In this document: positions 9,775 through 19,818 of the stretch, in pieces | Position numbering within the stretch: the first letter of the stretch is position 1 | How the letters are laid out: the number at the start of each line of letters is the position of its first letter | From: Candidatus Saccharimonadales bacterium | Lineage (GTDB): Bacteria > Patescibacteriota > Saccharimonadia > Saccharimonadales > DATKHC01 | Direction: 5' to 3' | Assembly: GCA_038317055.1 (NCBI GenBank) | Contig: JBBQBA010000001.1 | Location: 408,153 to 472,152 of the forward strand | Length of the DNA: 64,000 nt | The notes under the pieces: model-generated | The model's database searches: none | What the model was told of the DNA's origin: nothing | What the model saw: the letters and a program-made list of their open reading frames with translations, nothing else | Translations under genes and position numbers: made by a program

Positions 9775-9874
9775 TTAAACTAAATCTAAATGATAGCGTT
9801 TTTCCAGGTAAACCATACCAATCAGAGATTAGTATCCTACCGATAAAACAATCAGAAAGGCTGTATAGATAAGT

Positions 9875-11995
9875 ATGGGCCAGACAATAAACCCATTTAA
9901 CAAGAAAATAGTAAGTGTTAGTACCGACTTTTGTGGTCGTAAATTAACTTTAGAAACAGGTAGACTGGCTTTTCAGGCCGGCGCTGCAGTGACTGCAACA
10001 TATGGTGATACTGTAGTTCTAGCGGTAGCTTCGGCTGCAAATGACCCAATTTCGGGCATGGACTACTTCCCACTTTCAATAGATTTTGAAGAGAAGTTAT
10101 ATGCTGCTGGAAAAATTAGCGGTAGTCGTTTTATAAAGCGAGAAGGTCGTCCAACAGATAACGCAATCTTAACTGGCCGTATTATCGATCGACCTATACG
10201 ACCTTTATTTCCAAAAGGTTATAGGAATGAAGTACAGGGTATTGCAACAGTTCTTAGTCTTGATCCTGAGCTTAAGCCAGATATAGTTGCTATAACAGCG
10301 ATAAGTGCAGCATTTATGCTTACAGGTATTCCTTTTGATGGTCCAGTATCTGGTGTAAGAGTAGGTTTAGTAGATGACAAGCTAAAGGCATTTCCTTCAA
10401 CTGAAGAGTTAAAAGAAAGTATGCTTGATCTAATCGTTGCCGGAACTAAAGACGCCATAATGATGGTTGAAGCCGGAGCCAAAGAAGTAAGCGAAGCAAC
10501 AATGGTTGAAGCAATAGAACTTGCTCACAAATCATTCCAGAGTGCGATCGACCTACAAAACGAACTAGTTAAAAAAGTTGGAGTAACAAAGCGAGAATTT
10601 GAACTCCTACTACCTGATAAAGATATTCAAACTCAAGTAGATAAATTCCTTGACGGTAAACTAGGTAAGAAATTACGTGGTACTCAGATGGAACGTACCG
10701 ATAAAATGCGTGAACTACGAGAAGAGACTTTTGAACACTTTAAAGAAGTGCAGGGCGATGATTATTTAAGAGAACCTATCTACGAGGCATTTGAATATGC
10801 ACTAAAACAAGATGTTAGAAAAGGAATATTGGACGAAGATATTCGACCTGATGGACGTAATTCTAAAGAAATTCGACAACTAAGCTCTGAAGTTGGAATA
10901 CTTCCAAGGGCTCATGGTTCTAGTTTATTCACTCGTGGTAGTACGCAAGCACTAAACGTTACGACTCTTGCTCCATTAAACTTTGCCCAAATGGTAGATA
11001 GTATGGAAGAAAACGGTGAGAAAAGATTTATACATCACTACAATATGCCTGGTTACACGGTTGGTGAAATCCGCCGAGTGGGTAGTCCTGGACGACGAGA
11101 AATCGGACATGGAGCACTAGCAGAACGAGCTCTACTTGCGGTTATCCCCGACGAAAATGAATTTCCATATACAATTCGTACTGTTAGTGAAATTATGAGT
11201 AGTAACGGATCAACTTCGATGGCTAGTGTTTGTTCGGGCTGTTTAAGTCTTATGGACGCCGGTGTTCCATTAAAAGCACCTGTTAGTGGAATTGCGATGG
11301 GCCTTATCACTGACGATAAAGGTAAGTACGTAATCTTGAGCGATATTCAAGGCACCGAAGACTTTGCTGGAGACATGGACTTTAAAGTTGCCGGAACTAG
11401 CAAGGGTATTACTGCATTACAGATGGACATTAAGGTTCACGGAATAACTCCAAAGATTATGAAAGAAGCATTGGCTCAAGCCAAAGTTGGCCGAGCAGAA
11501 ATTCTAGACCACATTATTAAGACACTTCCTGAGCCACGCAAAGAACTTAGTCCTTTTGCACCTAGAGTAATTTCTATCTCAGTAAATCCAGATAAAATCC
11601 GAGAGATTATCGGTAAGGGTGGAGAAACAATAAACAAGATTATTGCTGATACCGGAGCTGATATAGACATTAAAGATGACGGTACTGTATTTATTGCTAG
11701 CCCTGATAAAAGCAGCATTGATGCGACTATTGCTTGGATAAATACAATTACAGCAGAGCCAGAAGTTGGCAAAATATATGAAGACTGTAAAGTTGTAAGC
11801 GTACTCGATTTCGGAGCTTTTGTTGAAGTCTTGCCAGGTAAAGAGGGTCTAGTTCATATATCTGAACTAAGTAATGAAAGAGTTAATAAAGTTACGGACA
11901 TTGTCAAAGAAGGCGATAAAGTTACAGTAAAACTAGTTGCTATCGATGATCGTGGACGTCTTAATCTAAGTATGAGAGCTGTTACAAAGGAGTAG
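9875..11995 (+). CDS. pnp: Polyribonucleotide nucleotidyltransferase (PNPase)
   Basis: 706 aa. Two RNase PH-like halves, then KH (IGKGGETINKI) and a C-terminal S1 domain (VVSVLDFGAFVEVLPGKEGLVHISEL). Confidence 0.95.
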   Translation: MGQTINPFNKKIVSVSTDFCGRKLTLETGRLAFQAGAAVTATYGDTVVLAVASAANDPISGMDYFPLSIDFEEKLYAAGKISGSRFIKREGRPTDNAILTGRIIDRPIRPLFPKGYRNEVQGIATVLSLDPELKPDIVAITAISAAFMLTGIPFDGPVSGVRVGLVDDKLKAFPSTEELKESMLDLIVAGTKDAIMMVEAGAKEVSEATMVEAIELAHKSFQSAIDLQNELVKKVGVTKREFELLLPDKDIQTQVDKFLDGKLGKKLRGTQMERTDKMRELREETFEHFKEVQGDDYLREPIYEAFEYALKQDVRKGILDEDIRPDGRNSKEIRQLSSEVGILPRAHGSSLFTRGSTQALNVTTLAPLNFAQMVDSMEENGEKRFIHHYNMPGYTVGEIRRVGSPGRREIGHGALAERALLAVIPDENEFPYTIRTVSEIMSSNGSTSMASVCSGCLSLMDAGVPLKAPVSGIAMGLITDDKGKYVILSDIQGTEDFAGDMDFKVAGTSKGITALQMDIKVHGITPKIMKEALAQAKVGRAEILDHIIKTLPEPRKELSPFAPRVISISVNPDKIREIIGKGGETINKIIADTGADIDIKDDGTVFIASPDKSSIDATIAWINTITAEPEVGKIYEDCKVVSVLDFGAFVEVLPGKEGLVHISELSNERVNKVTDIVKEGDKVTVKLVAIDDRGRLNLSMRAVTKE

Positions 11996-12000
11996 CATAT

Positions 12001-12264
12001 ATGCCAGCAAAAAAACCCACAAAAAGGGTCCAAACAACTAAATCCAAAAATTCAAAAACTACTAAGTCTAGCACTAGAATCAATCCAGCTAATCAATATG
12101 ATAGACCTAGAAACCTAGTAGTTGGTGGAATTATTGGAGTAATACTTTTTTATACAATAATATCTCGTGCACTAAACACTGGAAGTTACTGGGAATACTT
12201 CTTCGCTCTCGCGATACTTTTCATGTCTATTAGACTATTTATCCGAAGCATCAGACTCAACTAA
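12001..12264 (+). CDS. Small membrane protein (hypothetical)
   Basis: 87 aa. Lys-rich N-terminus followed by two hydrophobic segments. Starts 5 nt after the pnp stop. Confidence 0.4.
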   Translation: MPAKKPTKRVQTTKSKNSKTTKSSTRINPANQYDRPRNLVVGGIIGVILFYTIISRALNTGSYWEYFFALAILFMSIRLFIRSIRLN

Positions 12265-12276
12265 ATCCTTACAACT

Positions 12277-12864
12277 ATGATGAAAAAAGCCAAGCAGTTA
12301 CAGCTTGATAAATTGAAGAACAAGATTATCTCCGATAAGATCTGTGTAGAATTGGCAGAACAAGCTACACAGATTGTATTCGGTGAAGGTAATCCGAACA
12401 CAGATATGGTATTTATAGGTGAGGCACCGGGTAAGAATGAAGATATACAAGGTATCCCATTTGTTGGTGCAGCCGGGAAATTCTTAAATCAAATGCTCGA
12501 AATAATTAATATTTCGAGGGAAGATGTCTATATAACTAACATAGTAAAATTTAGACCACCAAACAACCGAGATCCATTACCAGAAGAGAAGACAGCATTT
12601 ATGCCATTTCTCGATGAACAGCTAACAATTATCCAACCAAAACTGGTTATTACGCTCGGTAAGCACAGCTTAAGCTGTTTCTTACCTCAGCTAAAGATAT
12701 CTGAGGTGCATGGGCAACCAAAGCGATATAAAGGTAGAACGTATCTCCCTTTATTCCACCCAGCAGCAGCTCTATATAACGGGGGACTAAGGCAAACCTT
12801 AATTGACGACTTTGCCAGGATCCCAACAATTTTAAATAAGATTCAAAATATTTCACAAACTTAA
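12277..12864 (+). CDS. Uracil-DNA glycosylase, family 4-like
   Basis: GEGNPNTDMVFIGEAPGKNEDIQGIPFVGAAGKFLNQML matches the family-4 UDG motif (GEAPG..E...G.PFvG.aG). HPAA lies near the C-terminus. Confidence 0.8.
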   Translation: MMKKAKQLQLDKLKNKIISDKICVELAEQATQIVFGEGNPNTDMVFIGEAPGKNEDIQGIPFVGAAGKFLNQMLEIINISREDVYITNIVKFRPPNNRDPLPEEKTAFMPFLDEQLTIIQPKLVITLGKHSLSCFLPQLKISEVHGQPKRYKGRTYLPLFHPAAALYNGGLRQTLIDDFARIPTILNKIQNISQT

Positions 12865-12882
12865 AGAAAGGAAAATATTAAA

Positions 12883-14907
12883 ATGAATGATAAACCAAAA
12901 AAACCTAACGGTAACGGCAACCGGCCGAGTCCATTAACAAATGGACGAAACGTAAGTCGAGGCGCAGCAATGCGAGCTCAACAACGTAATCACGGCGAAG
13001 CCCAGCGAGTTATAGATTCCTATGACATTGCTGATCAAAAAACTAATAATAACGAAAAGAAACGAGCTAATCAGATTGATGACTCACCAAGACTGAAAAT
13101 CATAGCACTAGGTGGTATGGACGGCGGTGGTTCAAAGAATATGATTCTAGTTGAATACCTAAACGAAGCAGTCATTCTAGACTGTGGTAATGAATTAGGA
13201 GTCGATCTCCCTGGTATTAACTACGCAATTTGTGACGTTAGTTATCTAGAAACCATTAAGCATAAAATTAAAGCTTACATAATTAGCCACGGCCATCTAG
13301 ATCACATTGGCGGATTACCTCATATATTGCCAAAATATCCAGCTCCAGTTTATGGATCTAGATTTACTATCGGAATGATCGAGAAGATTTTTGAAAACTT
13401 CGGAGGCGGTTTGCCACCCGGTTTCAGTTTACAAACCGTAATAATGAATGAAGATAATCATGAGAAATTGAAAATTGGTAGCTTCTTTGTTGAGCTAGTT
13501 CGTATTACTCACGCGATACCAGGTAGTACCTGTATAATTCTTGATACTCCAGTGGGAAAAATAATTAATACCGGCGACTTTAGGCTTGACCCAAATCCTC
13601 TTGATCATGAAAGAACTGACATAGAACGACTAAAGCAGCTTGGTGATGAAGGCGTTTTAGTCCTTATGAGTGACAGCACGACTGCTGAACGACTAGGTCG
13701 AACTCCAAGTGAAAGTACTATAGAGCCTACTTTCGTTGATATATTCAATAAGTCCTCAGGACGAATATTTATTGCTTTGTTCTCATCAAATATGAATCGT
13801 ATTCAGATGATTGTGAATGCAGCAGTATTAAATGGGCGTAAAGTTGCATTTGATGGAAGAAGTATGATGAGCACGTTAGAGCTTGCTGTACGACTTGGCT
13901 TCATGAAGATACCTAAAGGTCAGGTCATACCTATGTCTGCTGTGTCAAAACTTAGAGACGAAGAGATAGTCGTAATTTGTACTGGAGCTCAAGGCGAGCC
14001 TAACTCAGCCTTAAGACGTATGGCTAATGGCGAACACCGCGACATTAAGCTAAAAGAAGGTGACACTGTAGTACTTAGTGCTACTCCGATTCCAGAGAGT
14101 GGAAATGATAAGTTAATTGGTGAAATGGTTGATGATCTTATTAAAAAATCCGTTCATGTTTTTCGTGCTAATACTCACGATCTGGATGGAATCGGGCCAT
14201 TGCACGTTTCTGGTCATGCTAGTTTGGATGAATATGCAGAGATGATCAACATGACTAAACCAAAATTCTTTGTGCCAATTTACGGGGCCTATAGAGCAAA
14301 ACACTATCACATCGAAAAAGCGATTGAAGAGGGCATTCCCAGAAAGAACTGTATTAACGCAGCTAACGGGGAAGTGTTAGCCTTTACACCAGATACGATG
14401 GAAAGTATTGGTGAAGTTCCTCATGGAACTGTGCTTGTAGATCAAACCGGTGCATTAGTTTCCAGCATAGTTATTAAGGATAGATTACTTCTAGCTGAAG
14501 AAGGATTAGTAGCTGTAATCCTAACTATTGATAAAAAGACTGGTCAGTTACTCACGAGCCCAGACATTATTAGTCGTGGCTTTATCTATATGCGAGACAA
14601 TGAAGAGCTCATGAAAGAGTTTAGAAATGAACTACGTAGAGCAGTTAACCAAAGATTCAAACGAGTCGAGATCGACAGGTTTAAGCAAGAGATAAAAGAG
14701 CATGTTACTCATTTCCTATATGAGCAAACTCAGCGTAGCCCAATTGTTATACCAGTTGTTAATATTGTAGGCGGTGGCAAGAATGATTTCAAAACAGTAC
14801 ACGGCGACGGTCAACCAAAGTCTCAAGATGATATTGCGAACGAGCAAAGAAAACGATTCGAAGAGATGCGCTCAAGACTTTTGTCTCAAGACGCCAGAAC
14901 AGACTAG
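12883..14907 (+). CDS. rnj: Ribonuclease J
   Basis: 674 aa. Metallo-beta-lactamase motif SHGHLDHIGG, a beta-CASP-like middle region and RNase J-type length. Has a basic N-terminal extension. Confidence 0.9.
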   Translation: MNDKPKKPNGNGNRPSPLTNGRNVSRGAAMRAQQRNHGEAQRVIDSYDIADQKTNNNEKKRANQIDDSPRLKIIALGGMDGGGSKNMILVEYLNEAVILDCGNELGVDLPGINYAICDVSYLETIKHKIKAYIISHGHLDHIGGLPHILPKYPAPVYGSRFTIGMIEKIFENFGGGLPPGFSLQTVIMNEDNHEKLKIGSFFVELVRITHAIPGSTCIILDTPVGKIINTGDFRLDPNPLDHERTDIERLKQLGDEGVLVLMSDSTTAERLGRTPSESTIEPTFVDIFNKSSGRIFIALFSSNMNRIQMIVNAAVLNGRKVAFDGRSMMSTLELAVRLGFMKIPKGQVIPMSAVSKLRDEEIVVICTGAQGEPNSALRRMANGEHRDIKLKEGDTVVLSATPIPESGNDKLIGEMVDDLIKKSVHVFRANTHDLDGIGPLHVSGHASLDEYAEMINMTKPKFFVPIYGAYRAKHYHIEKAIEEGIPRKNCINAANGEVLAFTPDTMESIGEVPHGTVLVDQTGALVSSIVIKDRLLLAEEGLVAVILTIDKKTGQLLTSPDIISRGFIYMRDNEELMKEFRNELRRAVNQRFKRVEIDRFKQEIKEHVTHFLYEQTQRSPIVIPVVNIVGGGKNDFKTVHGDGQPKSQDDIANEQRKRFEEMRSRLLSQDARTD

Positions 14908-15027
14908 TTTTAAACCGTTAGCACCTTGCAAAAATACCCATTATTTGCTATAGTATTGATATTGAGAGCAAAATTAAAAAAGTAAAAATATCGAATAATA
15001 AGATAGCCCGGGGTATAATTCAAGGAC

Positions 15028-17277
15028 ATGGCCAAAAAGAAAAAGAAAGCATTAGTTAAAAAGAAGCCAATCAAGAAACTAAAGACTAACGAAGTTGTAG
15101 AACCTTCAAGTTTCTGGCCTCTCGCAGCCGCCGTTATTATGATGGTAGCTGCGCTATTTCTTGTTTTAGGTGGGTTCGGCAGCGGTGGACCACTACCTAA
15201 AACATTGTTCCATGGCGTTTATTGGTCATTTGGCTGGGCAGCTTGGTTAGCGCCAGTGGCTTTGATAACTTTCGGAATCGTTAAGTTTAAAGAGGAAGAC
15301 AGGAAAGTGCCGTTAGGACGGTTAGTTGGAATGACAGCATTTCTAGTTTTTAGCGCAGCCTGGTTTTTTGTAACTTTTGCTTCAAAATCTTTATCTTCTA
15401 ATACATATATTAATGGTCACGGTGGGATTGTTGGAAGTGGACTAGGTAATGCATCATTTCAGATATTAAATAAAGTTCCTGGTAGTATCCTGTTTTTTGT
15501 ACTAGCTATACTAATGTTCTTTTTTGCTTTTGGTATTCCACTAAAATCGATACTTGGAATTTCAAAAATATTTAAGAACAAATCCAAAGATGACACTGAT
15601 CTAGCTGATCTAAAAGCCAAAGCGCCAGATAGCAGCTTCAAATTAAATGAAGGAGTTCCCGTAGAACACACCGGTGCAGCACGATTATCTACTTTTAAAA
15701 ATAGTGCCCAAAAGATGGTTACTAGTCCACAGGAAGCTTTGACGACAAATGGCGATCCAGACTGGAAGTTTCCGTCAATTGATCTACTAAGTCAAAAAGT
15801 AGAAAAAGCTGACGCTGGTGATATTAATAAAAATGCAGAAGCAATAAAGGAAACATTTACGAACTTTAATATTCCGGTCGAGATGGAAGGTGCAAACATT
15901 GGTCCAAGAGTTACTCAATACACTCTGAAACCGCCCGCTGGAGTTAAACTAACCAAAATTACAGCACTAGAGAATAACTTAGCCCTAGATCTTGCAGCTC
16001 AATCAATCAGAATGGAAGCGCCTATACCTGGTAAAAGGCTAGTTGGTGTAGAAGTACCTAATGTTAAATCAGCCATGGTTCGAATCAGCAGCTTAATGCA
16101 AACTCAAGAATGGAGTGGTCTTTTAACTAGTCCACTTGGTTTTGTTATAGGTAAAGATATAGCTGGTCAACCTGTAGTTGGTGATTTAGCAGCTATGCCT
16201 CATCTTCTAATCGCTGGTCAGACCGGTTCAGGTAAGTCAATTATGATAAATACCGTACTAACTAGTATGCTTTATCACAACTCACCATCAGATCTTAAAC
16301 TTATACTAGTTGACCCTAAACAAGTTGAATTAACACCATATAACGATATACCTCACCTACTAACTCCAGTTATTCATGAACCAGAAAAATGTATTAGTGC
16401 ACTTAAATGGGCTGTTGCAGAGATGGATCGTCGACTTAAGACTATGGCTGACGTTGGAAGACGTAATATTGCTGAATACAATAATCTTAAAAAAGATGCT
16501 CCAATGCCATACATTGTTATTGTCATAGATGAGTTAGCTGATCTTATGATGATGGCCGCAAGAGATGTAGAGGCATTGATCGTCCGACTTGCTCAGAAAG
16601 CTCGAGCATCAGGTATTCACCTTGTTTTAGCCACTCAGAGACCTAGTGTAGACGTTATAACAGGACTTATTAAAGCTAACGTTCCTGCAAGAATTGCGTT
16701 CACTACAGCTAGCCAGATTGACTCACGTACAATTATTGACCAAATGGGTGCAGAGAAACTGTTAGGTCAGGGCGATATGTTGCTACTTACTTCTAGTATG
16801 CCTAAGCCTAAACGTGTCCAGGGTGCTTTTATTTCTGATGAAGAGAACGCTAAAGTTAACGATTTTCTACGAATGCAGAGACCTCCGCAGTACAACGATG
16901 ATGTTGTAAGTATGCCAGTTCAGCTAAATGGTAAGGGCGGTATTGTCGCCGATGCTGGCGGTGAAGTTGATGATGATATGTGGCGAGACGCAATACGTGT
17001 AGTCATCGAAGGTAAAAAAGCCAGCACGAGTCTACTTCAAAGACGCCTAAGAATAGGCTACGGTAGAGCTGCTAGACTGATAGAAACTATGGAAGAACAG
17101 GGAATTGTAGGATTTGCGGATGGTAATAGACCAAGAGAAGTACTAGTTCATTCAATGGATGAAGTCTTCGGAGATGATACTCAGGTAGTGGAAACACCTA
17201 GTGCGCTGCCCTCAGTAAACGAAGTAGCTCCTGAATCAGCTTTAGAAGAATCTGAATCTACTATAGAAGAAGAGTAA
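15028..17277 (+). CDS. ftsK: DNA translocase FtsK/SpoIIIE
   Basis: 749 aa. N-terminal TM segments, Walker A GQTGSGKS, VIVIDELADLMM, and a C-terminal gamma wHTH (LLQRRLRIGYGRAARLIETMEEQGIVG). Confidence 0.92.
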   Translation: MAKKKKKALVKKKPIKKLKTNEVVEPSSFWPLAAAVIMMVAALFLVLGGFGSGGPLPKTLFHGVYWSFGWAAWLAPVALITFGIVKFKEEDRKVPLGRLVGMTAFLVFSAAWFFVTFASKSLSSNTYINGHGGIVGSGLGNASFQILNKVPGSILFFVLAILMFFFAFGIPLKSILGISKIFKNKSKDDTDLADLKAKAPDSSFKLNEGVPVEHTGAARLSTFKNSAQKMVTSPQEALTTNGDPDWKFPSIDLLSQKVEKADAGDINKNAEAIKETFTNFNIPVEMEGANIGPRVTQYTLKPPAGVKLTKITALENNLALDLAAQSIRMEAPIPGKRLVGVEVPNVKSAMVRISSLMQTQEWSGLLTSPLGFVIGKDIAGQPVVGDLAAMPHLLIAGQTGSGKSIMINTVLTSMLYHNSPSDLKLILVDPKQVELTPYNDIPHLLTPVIHEPEKCISALKWAVAEMDRRLKTMADVGRRNIAEYNNLKKDAPMPYIVIVIDELADLMMMAARDVEALIVRLAQKARASGIHLVLATQRPSVDVITGLIKANVPARIAFTTASQIDSRTIIDQMGAEKLLGQGDMLLLTSSMPKPKRVQGAFISDEENAKVNDFLRMQRPPQYNDDVVSMPVQLNGKGGIVADAGGEVDDDMWRDAIRVVIEGKKASTSLLQRRLRIGYGRAARLIETMEEQGIVGFADGNRPREVLVHSMDEVFGDDTQVVETPSALPSVNEVAPESALEESESTIEEE

Positions 17278-17391
17278 ACTATTAGTTCAAACAGTTGCGT
17301 ATAACAGATAGATATAGTATAGTAACAGATAAGTTTTTCTCAGTTTATGGCAATTTAGGCGCATAGACTTTAACCAAAGGAGACTCTATAA

Positions 17392-17769
17392 ATGAATCAA
17401 TATGAGATAGCTATTTTATATCACCCAAGTTTAGAGGTTGATTTATCTAAGGCTGAAGAGCAAATACTAAAGATTTTTGCAGCTTCAAAAAGTAAAGTTA
17501 CTAATACCGATAACTGGGGCAAGCGTAAACTTGCATACCCAATCAAGAAACAAGAATATGGTATTTACGTATTCTACACAGTAGATATTGAGCCAACCGA
17601 AGTAAAGAAAATCGAAACTGCGTTAAATATTACTGATGAAATTATCCGATATTTGATAGTTAAGCCAGATCTTAAGAAAATTGCTAAGGCTGAAGCAGAA
17701 AAGATCAAGAAAGCTAAGAATCGAACTGATGACGAAGATGAAGAATCTTCTGATGAAGACGAGGCATAG
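17392..17769 (+). CDS. rpsF: 30S ribosomal protein S6
   Basis: MNQYEIAILYHPSL... and WGKRKLAYPIKK motifs, an acidic C-terminal tail, and rpsF-ssb-rpsR synteny. An SD-like aaaggaga precedes the ATG. Confidence 0.9.
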   Translation: MNQYEIAILYHPSLEVDLSKAEEQILKIFAASKSKVTNTDNWGKRKLAYPIKKQEYGIYVFYTVDIEPTEVKKIETALNITDEIIRYLIVKPDLKKIAKAEAEKIKKAKNRTDDEDEESSDEDEA

Positions 17770-17803
17770 TACAATAGGAATAGCGAGAGGATAGGTAAAT
17801 ATT

Positions 17804-18283
17804 ATGGCGAGAAGTTTAAATCAAGTAACTTTGATGGGGAATCTGACAAGAGACCCAGAGTTAAGACAAACACCTAATGGACAAAACGTATGTAGTTTTA
17901 GCTTGGCCCTAAACCGAAGCTATAAAGACCAGAGTGGTGAATGGCAAGAAGCAACAGATTACGTAGATATTGTTTCATGGGGACCGCTTGCAGAGCGAGT
18001 ATCTCAGTACATGTCAAAGGGTCGCCGCTGTCTCGTACAAGGCCGATTACAGAGTCGAAGTTGGGAACAAGATGGTCAGAAGCGAAACAAAGTTGAAGTT
18101 CTAGCTAACGACGTAACATTCCTAGATAGTCGAGGCACTGCAGATGCAGGTGCTGAAGGAAGTTCTGAAGATCGAAAACCAGCTACTGCACCAAAACCTA
18201 GCAAAGCAGCATCTAAGAAAGATGACGTAGTTATAGAAGATATTGGTGATGAACCTATTAATTTAGATGATATACCGTTTTAA
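17804..18283 (+). CDS. ssb: Single-stranded DNA-binding protein
   Basis: OB-fold N-terminus (LNQVTLMGNLTRDPELRQTPNG), a disordered linker and the canonical acidic tip ...DDIPF. Confidence 0.95.
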   Translation: MARSLNQVTLMGNLTRDPELRQTPNGQNVCSFSLALNRSYKDQSGEWQEATDYVDIVSWGPLAERVSQYMSKGRRCLVQGRLQSRSWEQDGQKRNKVEVLANDVTFLDSRGTADAGAEGSSEDRKPATAPKPSKAASKKDDVVIEDIGDEPINLDDIPF

Positions 18284-18300
18284 GAAAGGATAATTAAGTT

Positions 18301-18501
18301 ATGGCAAAGATATTTAAATACAAGACAGACGTAGCATATTTTGACTACAAGGATTTTAAAACCTTGCAGCGTTATATGAATCAGTTTGGTCAAATTGAAA
18401 GTCGTAAAAAAACTGGTCTTCGTGAACACGAGCAGAGAAGATTAGCGATTGCGATTAAACGTTCACGACATATTGCATTACTACCGTTCGTATCAAACTA
18501 G
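18301..18501 (+). CDS. rpsR: 30S ribosomal protein S18
   Basis: 66 aa. DYKDFKTLQRYMNQFGQIESRKKTGL...RLAIAIKRSRHIALLP is S18-typical. Confidence 0.9.
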   Translation: MAKIFKYKTDVAYFDYKDFKTLQRYMNQFGQIESRKKTGLREHEQRRLAIAIKRSRHIALLPFVSN

Positions 18502-18510
18502 GAATAAATT

Positions 18511-19074
18511 ATGGCACTATCTATAACCGATCTTAAAAAAGGTACAGTTTTTCAGTTGGATGGAGTTCCGTATAAGGTTGTCGAGTATGGTCAAAAAGTT
18601 ATGGGTCGTGGTGGATCTATAGTTAATGTCCGAATTAAGAGCTTACTCGATGGTAAAGTACTCGAAAAGACCTTTAAAGGTAACGAAAGACTTGATACTG
18701 CTGATGTAGTTAAGATAAATGCTCAATATCTTTATGATGACGGACAGGCATTATTCTTTATGGATAGCGCTAACTATAATCAGTTTTCAATTCCAAACGA
18801 CGAACTTGGCGATCAAAAAGGTTATCTTAAAGAAGGTGATGCTGTTCAAGTTCAATTATTTAACGACCAACCTATAGATGTTGAACTTCCCAAAAATGTC
18901 CCGCTTAAAGTTACATATACTGAAGATGTAGTTAAGGGTGATACGACCACTAACATTATGAAAGATGCGACTCTTGAGACAGAAATCGTAGTTAAAGTAC
19001 CTGCTTTCATAAAACAGGGTGACACGATTCGGGTTGATACTCGAACCGGTACATACATAGAACGAGAAAAATAG
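18511..19074 (+). CDS. efp: Elongation factor P
   Basis: 187 aa. DLKKGTVFQLDGVPYKVVEY...GRGGSIVNVRIKSL matches the EF-P N-terminal domain. Confidence 0.95.
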   Translation: MALSITDLKKGTVFQLDGVPYKVVEYGQKVMGRGGSIVNVRIKSLLDGKVLEKTFKGNERLDTADVVKINAQYLYDDGQALFFMDSANYNQFSIPNDELGDQKGYLKEGDAVQVQLFNDQPIDVELPKNVPLKVTYTEDVVKGDTTTNIMKDATLETEIVVKVPAFIKQGDTIRVDTRTGTYIEREK

Positions 19075-19080
19075 AGAATA

Positions 19081-19818
19081 GTGATGAAGCAGAGGCTTGA
19101 TCGTGAGCTCGTTGAGCGAAAATTAACCACTACAAGAAGTCAGGCGGAGTCATATATTAAACTAGGGCTAGTCAGCGTTGATAATAAAATTGTTAAACAG
19201 CCGTCTCATATGGTTGATAAAAGTAACAATCTTATAATTAATTCTGAAGAGCAATATGTATCAAGAGCAGGCCTAAAACTAGCATCTGTCGCTAGTAGTT
19301 TAAGGCTTAATTTTAAAGATAAAGTTGTGTTAGATGTAGGCTCATCAACTGGTGGTTTTACAGATTATTCGCTAAAACATGGCGCAACCAAAGTTATAGC
19401 CGTTGACGTAGGTACTGAACAATTACACCACTCATTACGCGGTGATAAACGTATTGAGCTTCATGAACAAACTGATATTAGAAACATTGAACAACTTTCT
19501 AGCCCAGTAGACTTAGTTGTTATAGATGTTTCATTCATAAGTCTCAGAGAAATATTACCAACAGTCTATAAACTTTCAGGTGAGTTTACGGAGATAGTTG
19601 CTATGTTTAAACCGCAATTTGAAGCTGGTTCTGGGTCCAAACATAAGGGTGTAATCAAAAACGATAAAATACGTCGACAACTACTTGTAGATTTTGAAAA
19701 TTGGTTAAAACAAAACCATTTTCTACTAGTTAATCAATCGGATTCACAAGTAAAAGGTACAAAAGGAAATAAAGAAAGATTTTATCAGATAAAAAAAGAA
19801 AATGTAGCTAAACGTTAA
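19081..19818 (+). CDS. tlyA: TlyA-family rRNA 2'-O-methyltransferase (S4 domain plus FtsJ-like MTase)
   Basis: RLDRELVERKL..TRSQAESYIKLGLV (S4 domain), YVSRAGLKL, and the SAM motif VLDVGSSTGGFTD. Confidence 0.8.
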   Translation: MMKQRLDRELVERKLTTTRSQAESYIKLGLVSVDNKIVKQPSHMVDKSNNLIINSEEQYVSRAGLKLASVASSLRLNFKDKVVLDVGSSTGGFTDYSLKHGATKVIAVDVGTEQLHHSLRGDKRIELHEQTDIRNIEQLSSPVDLVVIDVSFISLREILPTVYKLSGEFTEIVAMFKPQFEAGSGSKHKGVIKNDKIRRQLLVDFENWLKQNHFLLVNQSDSQVKGTKGNKERFYQIKKENVAKR

